Positions 22,924-37,371 of a DNA stretch of 64,000 nt are shown piece after piece. Origin of the DNA: Eledone cirrhosa (taxonomy: Eukaryota); contig OZ024745.1 in NCBI GenBank assembly GCA_964016885.1, forward strand, positions 20,956,001 through 21,020,000, read 5' to 3'. Each line of letters begins with the position of its first letter. Position 1 is the first letter of the stretch. A program made the translations under genes and the position numbers. Under the pieces are notes generated by a model. That model was not told the origin of the DNA. It did no database searches and saw only the letters and a list, made by a program, of their open reading frames with translations.

Positions 22924-25900
22924 AACAACAACAACAGTAGCTGTAACAACCCCAACAACAATAACAACAGTAGCTGTAACAACCCCAACCCCAACAACAA
23001 CAACAACAGTAGCTGTAACAACCCCAACAACAATAACAACAGTAGCTGTAACAACCCCAACAACAACAACAACAACAACAGTAGCTGTAACAACCCCAAC
23101 AACAATAACAACAGTAGCTGTAACAACCCCAACAACAACAACAACAACAACAGTAGCTGTAACAACCCCAACAACAACAACAACAGTAGCTGTAACAACC
23201 CCAACAACAACAACAACAACAACAGTAGCTGTAACAACCCCAACAACAACAACAACAACAACAGTAGCTGTAACAACCCCAACAACAACAACAACAGTAG
23301 CTGTAACAACCCCAACAACAACAACAACAACAACAGTAGCTGTAATAACCCCAACAACAACAACAACAGTAGCTGTAACAACCCCAACAACAACAACAAC
23401 AGTAGCTGTAACAACCCCAACAACAACAACAACAACAACAGTAGCTGTAACAACCCCAACAACAACAACAACAGTAGCTGTAACAACCCCAACAACAACA
23501 ACAACAACAACAGTAGCTGTAACAACCACAACAACAACAACAACAACAACAACAGTAGCTGTAACAACCCCAACAACAACAACAACAGTAGCTGTAACAA
23601 CCCCAACAACAACAACAACAACAACAGTAGCTGTAACAACCCCAACAACAATAACAACAGTAGCTGTAACAACTCCAACAACAACAACAACAACAGTAGC
23701 TGTAACAACCCCAACAACAACAACAACAACAGTAGCTATAACAACCCCAACAACAACAACAGTAGCTGTAACAACCCCAACAACAACAACAGTAGCTGTA
23801 ACAACCCCAACAACAACAACAACAACAACAGTAGCTATAACAACCCCAACAACAACAACAGTAGCTATAACAACCCCAACAACAACAACAGTAGCTGTAA
23901 CAACCCCAACAACAACAACAGTAGCTGTAACAACCCCAACAGCAACAACAGTAGCTGTAACAACCCCAACAACAACAACAGTAGCTGTAACAACCCCAAC
24001 AACAACAACAACAGTAGCTATAACAACCCCAACAACAACAACAACAGTAGCTGTAACAACCCCAACAACAACAACAGTAGCTATAACAACCCCAACAACA
24101 ACAACAGTAGCTTTAACAACCCCAACAACAACAACAACAGTAGCTGTAACAACCCCAACAACAACAACAACAACAACAGTAGCTGTAACAACCCCAACAA
24201 CAACAACAGTAGCTGTAACAACCCCAACAACAACAACAGTAGCTATAACAACCCCAACAACAACAACAGTAGCTGTAACAACCCCAACAACAACAACAAC
24301 AACAACAACAGTAGCTGTAACAACCCCAACAACAACAGCAACAACAACAACAGTAGCTGTAACAACCCCAACAACAACAACAGTAGCTGTAACAACCCCA
24401 ACAACAACAACAACAGTAGCTGTAACAACCCCAACAACAACAACAACAACAACAGTAGCTGTAATAACCCCAACAACAACAACAACAGTAGCTGTAACAA
24501 CCCCAACAACAACAACAACAGTAGCTGTAACAACCCCAACAACAACAACAACAACAACAGTAGCTGTAACAACCCCAACAACAACAACAACAGTAGCTGT
24601 AACAACCCCAACAACAACAACAACAACAACAGTAGCTGTAACAACCACAACAACAACAACAACAACAACAACAGTAGCTGTAACAACCCCAACAACAACA
24701 ACAACAGTAGCTGTAACAACCCCAACAACAACAACAACAACAACAGTAGCTGTAACAACCCCAACAACAATAACAACAGTAGCTGTAACAACTCCAACAA
24801 CAACAACAACAACAGTAGCTGTAACAACCCCAACAACAACAACAACAACAGTAGCTATAACAACCCCAACAACAACAACAGTAGCTGTAACAACCCCAAC
24901 AACAACAACAGTAGCTGTAACAACCCCAACAACAACAACAACAACAACAGTAGCTATAACAACCCCAACAACAACAACAGTAGCTATAACAACCCCAACA
25001 ACAACAACAGTAGCTGTAACAACCCCAACAACAACAACAGTAGCTGTAACAACCCCAACAACAACAACAGTAGCTTTAACAACCCCAACAACAACAACAG
25101 TAGCTGTAACAACCCCAACAACAACAACAACAACAACAACAGTAGCTGTAACAACCCCAACAACAACAGCAACAACAACAACAGTAGCTATAACAACCCC
25201 AACAACAACAACAGTAGCTATAACAACCCCAACAACAACAACAGTAGCTTTAACAACCCCAACAACAACAACAACAGTAGCTGTAACAACCCCAACAACA
25301 ACAACAACAACAACAGTAGCTGTAACAACCCCAACAACAACAACAGTAGCTGTAACAACCCCAACAACAACAACAGTAGCTATAACAACCCCAACAACAA
25401 CAACAGTAGCTGTAACAACCCCAACAACAACAACAACAACAACAACAGTAGCTGTAACAACCCCAACAACAACAGCAACAACAACAACAGTAGCTGTAAC
25501 AACCCCAACAACAACAACAGTAGCTGTAACAACCCCAACAACAACAACAACAGTAGCTGTAACAACCCCAACAACAACAACAGTAGCTGTAACAACCCCA
25601 ACAACAACAACAACAACAACAGTAGCTGTAACAACCCCAACAACAACAACAGCAATAACAACAGTAGCTGTAACAACCCCAACAACAACAACAACAACAA
25701 CAGTAGCTGTAACAACCCCAACAACAACAACAACAACAACAACAGTAGCTGTAACAACCCCAACAACAACAACAGCAACAACAACAGTAGCTGTAACAAC
25801 CCCAACAACAACAACAACAACAGTAGCTGTAACAACCCCAACAACAACAACAGTAGCTGTAACAACCCCAACAACAACAACAACAACAGTAGCTGTAACA

Positions 25901-26706
25901 ACCCCAACAACAATAACAACAGTAGCTGTAACAATCCCAACAACAACAACAGTAGCTGTAACAACCCCAACAACAACAACAGTAGCTGTAACAACCCCAA
26001 CAACAACAACAACAACAACAGTAGCTGTAACAACCCCAACAACAACAACAACAGTAGCTGTAACAACCCCAACAACAACAACAGTAACTATAACAACCCC
26101 AACAACAACAACAGTAGCTGTAACAACCCCAACAACAACAACAACAGTAGCTGTAACAACCCCAACAACAACAACAACAACAACAACAGTAGCTGTAACA
26201 ACCCCAACAACAACAACAACAGTAGCTGTAACAACCCCAACAACAACAACAACAACAGTAGCTGTAACAACCCCAACAACAACAACAGTAGCTGTAACAA
26301 CCCCAACAACAACAACAACAACAGTAGCTGTAACAACCCCAACAACAACAGTAGCTATAACAACCCCAACAACAACAACAGTAGCTGTAACAACCCCAAC
26401 AACAACAACAGTAGCTGTAACAACCCCAACAACAACAACAACAACAACAACAGTAGCTGTAACAACCCCAACAACAACAACAACAGTAGCTATAACAACC
26501 CCAACAACAACAACAGTAGCTATAACAACCCCAACAACAACAACAGTAGCTGTAACAACCCCAACAACAACAACAGTAGCTATAACAACCCCAACAACAA
26601 CAACAGTAGCTGTAACAACCACAACAACAACAACAGTAGCTGTAACAACCCCAACAACAACAACAACAACAACAACAGTAGCCGTAACAACCCCAACAAC
26701 AACAAC
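22924..26706. repeat. 3.8-kb minisatellite AGTAGCTGTAACAACCCC(AAC)n
   Basis: Fixed core plus a variable AAC tract. Units are about 27-42 bp and multiples of 3. Confidence 0.95.
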
Positions 26707-26874
26707 CACATTTTCAACATAAAATGCAACATTTTTAATATATCGTAAAGTAAATGTTGAGAGTGGTAAGTACACTGAACTTGCTTAATAAATTTAATCT
26801 TGAAAATCTCAAAGTAAACAAGAAATCCCATTGGCAAATATGAGAAAATTAAAACGAAATATAAAACCACTATT

Positions 26875-27017
26875 ACATATATAAATATATGAATACATAC
26901 ATAAATACACATACATATTTAAATACACACACACACACACACAAATATATATGTGTATATATATATATGTTTGTATATGTACGTATATATACATACACAC
27001 ATATATATATATATATA

Positions 27018-27086
<69 letters not shown>

Positions 27087-27194
27087 GTGTGTGTGTGTAT
27101 ATATATATATATATGTGTGTGTGTGTATATATATAAATGTATGTATATGTATGTATATATACATACACACACACACACATATATATATATGTAC

Positions 27195-27236
<42 letters not shown>

Positions 27237-27328
27237 CTGTATATATATATATATGTGTGTATATATATATATATATATGTGTGTGTGTATATATATATAA
27301 ATGTATGTATATGTATGTATATATACAT

Positions 27329-27360
<32 letters not shown>

Positions 27361-27377
27361 CTATATATATATATATG

Positions 27378-27444
<67 letters not shown>

Positions 27445-27514
27445 ATATATATATATATATATGTGTGTGTGTATATATATATATATAAACGTATATATAT
27501 GTATGTATATATAT

Positions 27515-27580
<66 letters not shown>

Positions 27581-27680
27581 GTATATATATAATATATATA
27601 CATGAGTATATACATATATATGTGTGTGTACATATATATAAATGTATATTTATATATATATAAATATATATATATATAAT
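26875..27680. repeat. (TA)/(TG)/(CA) compound microsatellite
   Basis: Direct inspection. Confidence 0.9.
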
Positions 27681-27949
27681 AAACATCTGAGCAGACAAGC
27701 ATAACAAAGTTAGACAAAGTTGTAGCCCAAGAGAGACGCCAAACCTGTAGAGTTTCTAGACACCCAGGTGTTTACCCGTTAGAAGACAAATATTACAGCA
27801 GACTTTCACAAACTACACAAACTAAATTCCAATTTATAGTAGATGGAGCAATTAGTTTTAATTAACATTAATCACATTTTTCTAATTAATTACCACCAAA
27901 CTATTGTTAGCGATCACAGACAGGCATTAACTGAATGGAAGCAACATTA

Positions 27950-28468
27950 GCAGCAACAGCAACAATAACCACGACGACGGCAACAACAACAACAACAATG
28001 TATAACAACGACGACAACAACAACAACAATGTATAACGACGACGACAACAACAACAATGTATAACGACGACGACAACAACAACAATGTATAACGACGACG
28101 ACAACAACAACAATGTATAACGACGACGACAACAACAACAATGTATAACGACGACGACGACAACAACAACAACAACAATAATGTATAACGACAACAACAA
28201 CAACAACATCAAGTATAACGACGGCGATAACAACAACAAGTATAACGACGACGACAGCAACAGCAACAACAAGTATAATGACGACGACAGCAACAGCAAC
28301 AACAAGTATAACGACGACGACGACGACAACAACAACAAGTATAACGACGACGACAACAACAGCAACAACAAGTATAACGACGACGACAGCAACAGCAACA
28401 ACAAGTATAACGACGACGACGACGACAACAACAACAAGTATAACGACGACGACAACAACAACAACAAC
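27950..28468. repeat. GTATAAC(GAC)n(AAC)n minisatellite
   Basis: Direct inspection. Confidence 0.9.
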
Positions 28469-28470
28469 CA

Positions 28471-28772
28471 AATCCCGTCGAGGTTAACTTTACCTTTCAT
28501 CCTTACGGGGTCGATAAAATAAAGTACCAGTAATACACTGAATAATGGCTGGCCTTGTGCCTAAAGTAGAAACAATTATTTCAGGGTGGTGGTTTGGCAG
28601 TATCGGTAGAGGGTCGGACAACATGCTTTGTAGCAGAGTTACGACCCTTTCTGATCTGAGTTCAAATCCTGCCGAGTTTAACTTTGCCTTTCTTCCTTAT
28701 GGGGTCGATAAAATAAAGTACCAGTAATGCACTGGGTAATTGCTGGCCTTGTGCCAAAAGTAGAAACAATTA
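28471..28772 (+). mobile_element. Two tandem family A SINEs (partial 28471-28579; full 28583-28772)
   Basis: Homology to 742-929. Confidence 0.88.
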
Positions 28773-29165
28773 TCAAGGCATAACCTACTCACACCACGAG
28801 ATGATCTTTTTATATGGCCGTATAGTTTGAGTACTCTTGACTTGACAATTGATGTAATTGGTCTAAGTTTGGTAATGTTGAGCAACTCACTGATACAGAT
28901 ACAGTCGCTGAGCCGCTTGTCAGTCATAAGTCTCATGATGTGGTTCTGGAATGTAGAGAGCTTCTGAAGTAACCTTGTCGTCCAATTAACACAGTCAAGA
29001 CCATATAACACAACTGGTAGGATGTAAGTATCAAAGATCTTAGCCTTCAAATGATAGGAAACTCGTTTGTTTTGATGTTAGTCCTTCCTTGTTCTTGTTG
29101 AAAGCTGCCCAACCTAGAGCGATGTGATCCTGCGCAGCAACCATTCCATTGTTGTTTGATGATAG
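28773..29165 (-). pseudogene. RTE-like LINE RT C-terminal fragment
   Basis: IALGWAAFNK..LKAKIFDTYILPVVLYGLDCVNWT..LSTFQNHIMR..LKLYGHIKR. Confidence 0.8.
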
Positions 29166-29184
29166 TTTGACTGGGGTATTAAAT

Positions 29185-29362
29185 ATTCAAACGATACTAT
29201 TCTTACTTCCAAAGATGATATCCTTGAACGATGGCCTAAATACTATGAACAACTGTACTTCAGCAACTCAGAACCAAAAACCATTCATGATTCGACATCA
29301 GATGCCATTCCATCTACCTTAGTTAACGAGATATCTCATGCCATCAAAAATCTGAAGGTTAC
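29185..29362 (+). pseudogene. RTE-like LINE EN-RT linker fragment, inverted relative to its neighbour
   Basis: DTILTSKDDILERWPKYYEQLYF...IPSTLVNEISHAIKNLK. Confidence 0.7.
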
Positions 29363-29863
29363 CAGCGTTTATTTCAGGTTATGTTAAACTCTCCTCTCTG
29401 TGGAGCGACAATTTTTGTAGATCGTTAGGAAGCAACTTCTTAACCACAGGAGCATGCCTACATTCCTGATGATCTAAACTAAATGAAACAGTATAAGTCA
29501 TTACTATTTGAAAATACTTTTGAACCTTTGTGCTTAATATATTGAGTACTTCATTTAACATTTGCTGTACTACAGCAGTCTTTGTCTGTTCCTCAATCGT
29601 CTCCTTCTGTTCCTCATTGGAATAATAAATATCTTTCATCGATTTTCGAACATTTTGTTTTCCCCACAGAATATATATATTTCATATAAACAAGCAAAAC
29701 AAAATAGGTAGGTGAGGTTTTATATACCCTATGGCTTATAACTCTATTACTTAAATAGACATATGAAGTTGACTAATATTGGTGTTCATACTGCTAGTTA
29801 TTTTTTATATGTACTAAAGTTTGCCCTAAGCAGCCGATTTATACAATGAATTTATATCTGTAT

Positions 29864-29988
<125 letters not shown>

Positions 29989-30018
29989 CCGTATATATAT
30001 ATATATATATATATATTG

Positions 30019-30055
<37 letters not shown>

Positions 30056-30372
30056 ACTGTCTTTAGATATATTCACGTCTTTAGATTGAAAATGCAGGAA
30101 AGACATGCGCACTGAAGGGAGAAACCGCGATGAGTTTATTCTGCTCCGATGATCTGGAAATTAGGTGTTCCGATATTGACTCTGGCCGTTTTCAGCTTTT
30201 CCCAAATCATGACTAGGTCCCGATTTTCACTGAAATATAGTCAACAGTTAACATATCCTGAAACAAAACTCAATATTAAATCAGGATAGTCTCCTCTAGT
30301 TTCGATAAAATATACTTGAAGATATATTAACGTGCAATGCTGTTCTATATGCAGATAGTACTTCGATTCCAT

Positions 30373-30801
30373 AGGCGGCAAATTGGCAGAGTTGTTAGAA
30401 TGTCGGATAGAATGATTTACTCTATTCGCTTTGGCTGTCAACTCTCTCAGTTCAAATCCCGCTGAAGTCAATTTTGCCTTTCGACCATTTGAGGACGATA
30501 AAAAAAATACGAGTCCAGTACTGGAGTCGATTCTTCCATTATATCTCTTCCTCACTTCCATTATCTCACTCTCTATTGGTGAATTGGCAGTATTGGTAGA
30601 GGGTCAGACATGCTTTCCAGCGTAGTTACGTCCCTTTACGATCTGAGTTCAAATCCCGCCGAGGTTAACTTTGCATTTCATCCTTACGGGGTCGATAAAA
30701 ATAAAGTACCAGTAACGTACTGGCTAATTGCTGGCCTTGTGCCAAAAGTAGAAACAATTATTATAAATGCTTTATAAGGGCGGTGAATTGGCAGTATCGG
30801 T
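30373..30801 (+). mobile_element. Cluster of family A SINEs (30373-30535 diverged; 30578-30762; head stub 30777-30801)
   Basis: Homology to 742-929. Confidence 0.85.
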
Positions 30802-31084
30802 GATAATGTCCCACTTTACCTCTACCACCGCCACAAGGCCAGCAATTACCCTAGTGCATTACCTAGTAGTAACTTTTCTTGAAAATGGTCAAAATTTGGC
30901 ATCGTGGTATTATCAAGTACCTGCAGAAAAGGTTTTTGGACCTCTCGTGTGTATGTGTGAGTATATATTCTTTGTGAGCCAGATTTTCTTTAAGACCAAT
31001 CAATTCTTCTAAGTGTTTCATAATAATGTTAGATGAGGAGGTCGTGGTGAGAAATGGTATGCCGAAGGCTGATATGTTGTAAAT

Positions 31085-31230
31085 CCTTTAGCTTAAGTTA
31101 TCTGCACGTTTCTTTATTATGGCTGGGATGGTTGGCGTTCTTGTGTATGTATATATTTTCCACTTTTGACTTTCTATAAAGGGTTTGTTCGAGATCTAGG
31201 CGAAGTATTTCTTACATGTGCTTATCAGGT
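31085..31230 (-). pseudogene. Possible Jockey/I-like LINE C-terminal relic
   Basis: KKYFA*ISNKPFIE..IYTYTRTPTIPAIIKKRA resembles the post-RT LR.I..AP.Y....I...PTI...IK motif. Confidence 0.3.
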
Positions 31231-31713
31231 GTTTTTGTCTGAATCCGTCCCTGTTGTGGCTGTTCATTTCATTCATTTGTTTATGAACAAGCTAAACTGT
31301 CCCCTCAAAGGACCATAATGGCAATTTTCTATCCAATTCTTTCCAACCGTACAGCGACAACTTTGCTATATCTTTCTATAGAGAACATCCGAGATCTTTT
31401 CTACGTGTCACCATAGAAGACCCTTCTTACGAGACTATTACAAAATGCAAAAATCTAGGCTTTTATCATAGGTAAACCGAAATGTTGTTCTATACATACT
31501 AGCAGCCACCCACTGTTAAATCAAAGGAAGTTATCTCTTAGTCCGACTATCAGGTGATAAGGCTTGCCAAATTCTTTTCACTTGATCAGACTTAATAAAC
31601 AGGTATTTTACCAACAGTATAAATTGAATTGGACGTTAGTAAAACGTCCACCACAAGAGGCTGTGACCTCTGGGTAGATACGGAGTGAATCATCAGTTGT
31701 TTTCAAATATATA

Positions 31714-32053
31714 CGAGGGTCAGCTGAAAAGATACTCTCATGGAATGACCAAATGAGGTTTATTTTTCAACATAGTCCGCAGAAAGAAACAATGTAGTTA
31801 TTGATAAGAAGAATTGATAATAATGCATGCAGGATTTCACAGCTCTAGCATCACTCCTTCTATGACTGATAAGTTCATAGGCTGACCAAAATACTCTCAT
31901 GGAATGACCAAATAAGGTTAATTTTTCAACATAGTCATTGGAAAGAAACAATGCAGTTATTAATAAGTAGAGTTGAAATTAATGCATGCAAGATTTCACA
32001 GCTCTAGCATCACTGCTTCATCGTCAACCTATGAACGTTTCAGCCGACTCTCG
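31714..32053. mobile_element. Tc1/mariner-type MITE
   Basis: TA|CGAGGGTCAGCTGAAAAG...CGTTTCAGCCGACTCTCG|TA imperfect TIRs with TA duplication. Internal ~130-bp direct duplication. Confidence 0.75.
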
Positions 32054-32106
32054 TACATAGAAGTTATCCTATCAGTTCTATCTGTCTATATATCATTATT
32101 TTATTG

Positions 32107-32904
32107 CCGAGGTTGACTCTGCTTTTTATCCTTACGGGTCGATAAAATAAGTACCAGTAATGTACTGGGTTATTGCTGGCCTTGTGCCTAAAGTAGAAAC
32201 AATTATTTTATTCTGCAGTGGATTGGCAGTATCAGTAGAGGGTCGGATGCCATGCTTTGACGCATAGAGTTACGGCTCTTGCCATTCTGAGTTCAAATCC
32301 CGCCGAGGTTAACTTTGCCTTTCATCCTTACGGGGTCGATAAAATAAAGTACCAGTAATGCACTGGTTAATTGCTGACCTTGTGCCAAAAGTAGAAACAA
32401 TTATTTTATTCTAGGGCGGTGGATTGGCAGTATCGGTAGAGAGTCGGACACCATGTCTTGCAGCATAGAGTTACCACCCTTTACGGTCTGAGTTCAAATC
32501 CCGCCGAGGTTAATTTTGCCTTTCCTCCTTACGGGGTCGATAAAATAAAGCACCAGTAACGTACTGGGGTCGATTTAATCGACTTTCCCCTCTCCCCAAA
32601 TTACTGGCCTTGTACCTATACAAGAAATCATTATTTTATTCTCGGTGGTCGATAAAATAAAGTACCAGTAATGCACTGGCTAATTGCTGGCCTTGTGCCA
32701 AAAGTAGAAACAATTATTTTATTCTCGGTGGATTGGCAGTATCGGTAGAGGGTCAGACGCCATGCTTTGACGCATAGAGTTACGGCCCTTTACGGTCAGA
32801 GTTCTAATCCCGCCGAGGTTTACTTTGCTTTCATCCTTACGGGGTCGATAAAATAATGTACCAGTAATGCACTGGGTAATTGCTGGCCTTGTGCCAATAG
32901 TAGA
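32107..32904 (+). mobile_element. Head-to-tail array of five family A SINE copies
   Basis: Units start near 32107, 32215, 32414, 32648 and 32726, each joined by ATTATTTTATTCT. Confidence 0.9.
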
Positions 32905-33467
32905 CACTGGTGTGAGGGTAGTGGACACTAGTGTGAGGGTAGTGGACACTGGTGTGAGGAGAGTGGACACTGGTGTGAGGGGAGTGGACACTGGTGTGGG
33001 GGTAGTGGACACTGGCCTGGGGATAGTGGACACTGGTGTGAGGGGAGTGGACACTGGCCTGGGGATAGTGGACACTGGTGTGAGGGTAGTGGACACTGGT
33101 GTGAGGGTAGTGGACACTGGTGTGAGGGTAGTGGACACTGGTGTGAGGGGTGTGGACACTGGTGTGAGGGTAGTGGACACTGGCCTGGGGATAGTGGACA
33201 CTGGGGTGAGGAGAGGGGACACTGGTGTGAGGGTAGTGGACACTGGTGTGAGGGTAGTCGACACTGGTGTGAGGGTAGTGGACACTGGTGTGAGATGAGT
33301 GGACACTGGTGTGAGGGGTGTGGACACTGGTGTGAGGATAGTGGACACTGGTGTCAGGGTAGTGGACACAGGCGTGGGGGTAGTGGACACTGGTGTGAGG
33401 GTAGTGGACACTGGTGTGAGGGGAGTGGACACTGGCCTGGGGATAGTGGACACTGGTGTGAGGGGAG
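32899..33467. repeat. 21-bp minisatellite GTGGACACTGGTGTGAGGGTA, about 27 copies
   Basis: Direct inspection. Confidence 0.95.
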
Positions 33468-33534
33468 TTAACTCTGTTGAACACGAATATGACAGCATAT
33501 ACCTGTTCAAATGTACAAGTTTTAGATGCCCGCT

Positions 33535-33592
<58 letters not shown>

Positions 33593-34004
33593 TTCACACA
33601 GCCACACACACATACACACACAGGCACACACATACACAGACGCACACACACACATACTCACACATACACACACAGGCACATGCATACGCACACACGGACA
33701 CACACGCATACGCAAGCACACACACGGACACACACGCATACGCAGACACACTCACAGACACACATACAGTGACAAACACACATTCACCGTCATTCTGTAT
33801 GCCAGTCTAACAATACCCGTGTGTACAAGTGTGTGTGTGTGTATGCTTGTGTGTGCGTGTATGCGTATGTGTGCGTGTGTGTGTATGTGCGTGTGTGTGT
33901 GTGTATGCGTGCGTGTGTGTTTATGTGTGTGTATGTGCGTGTGCGGGTGTGTGTATATGCGTGTGTGTGTGTGTTTATGTGTGTATATATAATTCAACTG
34001 AAAC

Positions 34005-34610
34005 AGCAACAATAAACAAACAGCTTCAACACTAAAGACATTGACAACAGAACAACAAAAACAACAGCAACAAAAATTAGAAAATAATAATGACAACAAC
34101 AACAATAACAAAAATAACAACAACAACAGCAACAATAACAATAACAACGATACAACTGGAATAATGGAATAACAACGAACATTAGAGCAACAAAAACAAT
34201 TACAGATATTTTAATTACGTTAATAAAACAACAACAATAACAACAAAAACAACAAGAACAACAAGAACAGCAACAATAATAACAACAATAACAACAATAA
34301 AAACAACAACAACAAGAACAGCAACAACAACAATTACAACAATAACAACAACAATAACAACAATAACAAAATCAACAACAAACAGTATCAACAACAATAA
34401 CAAGAAAAAAATCCTAAGAATAAAGTTATAAAATAAACAGCAACAACAAGAACAATGATAATAACAACAACAATAAGAACAACAACAACAAGAACCACAA
34501 CAAGAAGAACCACAAAAATAACAACAACAACAACAATAACAACAAGAACCACAAAAATAACAACAACAACAACAACAACAACAACAACCATAACAATAAC
34601 AACAACAATA
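34005..34610. repeat. Degenerate (AAC)n
   Basis: Direct inspection. Confidence 0.9.
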
Positions 34611-34711
34611 TCCAGAAATGTGACAAGGCTTGCAAACGTAAGACTACGAAACATCCCACACGAACGCAGACACAGATCACGCCAAGTAATCATAAACAAT
34701 AATTATGTTAA

Positions 34712-36625
34712 CCACCACCACACTGCCTCCCGCCACTCCACCACACTGCCTCCCGCCACTCCACCACCACACTCCCTCCCGCCACTCCACCACCACACTC
34801 CCTCCCGCCACTCCACCACCACACTGCCTCCCGCCACTCCACCACCACACCACCACCACACTCCCTCCCGCCACTCCACCACATCACCACCACACTCCCT
34901 CCCGCCACTCCACCACACCACCACTACCACCACACTCCCTCCCGCCACACCACCACGCCACCACCATCACCACACTGCCTCCCGCCACTCCACCACCACA
35001 CCACACCACCACACTCCCTCCCGCCACTCCACCACGCCACCACCACCACCACACTGCCTCCCGCCACTCCACGACCACACCACCACCACCACACTCCCTC
35101 CCGCCACTCCACCACATCACCACCACACTCCCTCCCGCCACTCCACCACGCCACCACCACCACCACACTGCCTCCCGCCACTCCACCACCACACCGCCAC
35201 CACCACACTCCCTCCCGCCACTCCACCACACCACCACTACCACCACACTCCCTCCCGCCACTCCACCACGCCACCACCACCACCACACTCCCTCCCGCCA
35301 CTCCACCACATCACCACCACACTCCCTCTCGCCACTCCACCACGCCACCACCACCACCACACTGCCTCCCGCCACTCCACCACCACACCACCACCACCAC
35401 ACTCCCTCCCGCCACTCCACCACACCACCACTACCACCACACTCCCTCCCGCCACTCCACCACGCCACCACCACCACCACACTCCCTCCCGCCACTCCAC
35501 CACGCCACCACCACCACCACACTGCCTCCCGCCACTCCACCACCACACCACCACCACCACACTCCCTTTCGCCACTCCACCACACCACCACTACCACCAC
35601 ACTCCCTCCCGCCACTCCACCACGCCACCACCACCACCACACTCCCTCCCGCCACTCCACCACGCCACCACCACCACCACACTGCCTCCCGCCACTCCAC
35701 CACCACACCACCACCACCACACTCCCTTTCGCCACTCCACCACACCACCACTACCACCACACTCCCTCCCGCCACTCCACCACGCCACCACCACCACCAC
35801 ACTCCCTCCCGCCACTCCACCACGCCTCCACCACACTGCCTCCCGCCTCTCCACCACCACACCACCACCACCACACTCCCTCCCGCCACTCCACCACATC
35901 ACCACCACACTCCCTCCAGCCACTCCACCACACCACCACTACTACCACACTCCCTCTCGCCACTCCACCACGCCACCACCACCACCACACTGCCTCCCGC
36001 CACTCCACCACCACACCACCACCACCACACTCCCTCCCGCCACTCCACCACACTCCCTCTCGCCACTCCACCACACCACCACTACCACCACACTCCCTCC
36101 CGCCACTCCACCACGCCACCACCACCACACTCCCTCCCGCCACTCCACCACGCCACCACCACACTGCCTCCCGCCACTCCACCACCACACCACCACCACC
36201 ACACTCCCTCCCGCCACTCCACCACATCACCACTACACTCCCTCCAGCCACTCCACCACACCACCACTACTACCACACTCCCTCCCGCCACTCCACCACG
36301 CCACCACTACCACCACACTCCCTCCCGCCACTCCACCACACCACCACTACCACCACACTCCCTCCCGCCACTCCACCACGCCACCACCACCACCACACTC
36401 TTTCCCGCCACTCCACCACGCCACCACCACACTCCCTCCCGCCACTCCACCACATCACCACCACACTCCCTCCCGTCACTCCACCACACCACCACTACCA
36501 CCACACTCCCTCCCGCCACTCCACCACGCCACCACCACGACCACACTCCCTCCCGCTACTCCCTCCCGCCACTCCACCACATCACCACCACCACACTCCC
36601 TCCCGCCACTCCACCACATCACCAC
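34712..36625. repeat. C-rich minisatellite ACACT(C/G)CCTCCCGCCACTCCACCAC(CAC)n
   Basis: Direct inspection. Minus strand is G-rich. Confidence 0.95.
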
Positions 36626-36859
36626 CATCACTACCACCACCATTATATTCACCTTCACACTACAACAACAAACAACGCTGCCACCATCACTACCCCCGCC
36701 ATTACTACCACAATCATCACTACAACACCACCACTACCACAACAACAAACACTGCCATCGACGCCACCAACAACAACGCCCTAACAATAACATCAACCAT
36801 CATTACCGCCACCACCATCACCACCATACAACAATTATACTACCTCACTGCCAATATTT

Positions 36860-36900
<41 letters not shown>

Positions 36901-37021
36901 GCAGCCAACACGAACACCGTTAAAGCCCCACCACCACCACCACCATTGTTGTCATTGTTACCAAAACATACAGGCAGCAGAATTTCCAACAATACCATCT
37001 CCATGTGAAATGTCATGTCTG

Positions 37022-37085
<64 letters not shown>

Positions 37086-37371
37086 CATAAATAAATAAAT
37101 AAATATATATATATATATATAATAGTAATATTAATAAATTTGAAGACTAAAATCCAAAAGGGTTCGATAAGGATAAATATATATCAGATATATAAGAACC
37201 GTAGAGCAAATATTTATAAAAATAACAGATTAAAGTTTAAGCAAAGAATCGCTGCTTTCACTCTTAACGGGATCTTCTGAAACTAACCAAGTCAATCAGT
37301 GAACGCAGAAGTAAATATTTCAAAAAACGTTGCAACCGGAGGAAGACAGGAAGACGATACTTTGGTTCGTT

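Noticed and set aside
22921-26775. 1284-aa Val-rich ORF and overlapping poly-Leu ORFs
   Set aside because: Products of a triplet-periodic minisatellite, with a non-ATG start and no domain content.
29379-29639. 86-aa ORF in unique sequence
   Set aside because: No recognisable motif and no convincing splice sites.
32719-33772. TTLTPVS / VDTGVR repeat ORFs
   Set aside because: A 21-bp minisatellite flanked by a SINE and (CA)n, open on both strands.
34455-37008. 822-aa and 767-aa His/Pro/Thr ORFs
   Set aside because: The C-rich tandem repeat lacks stop codons by composition and cycles through all frames.
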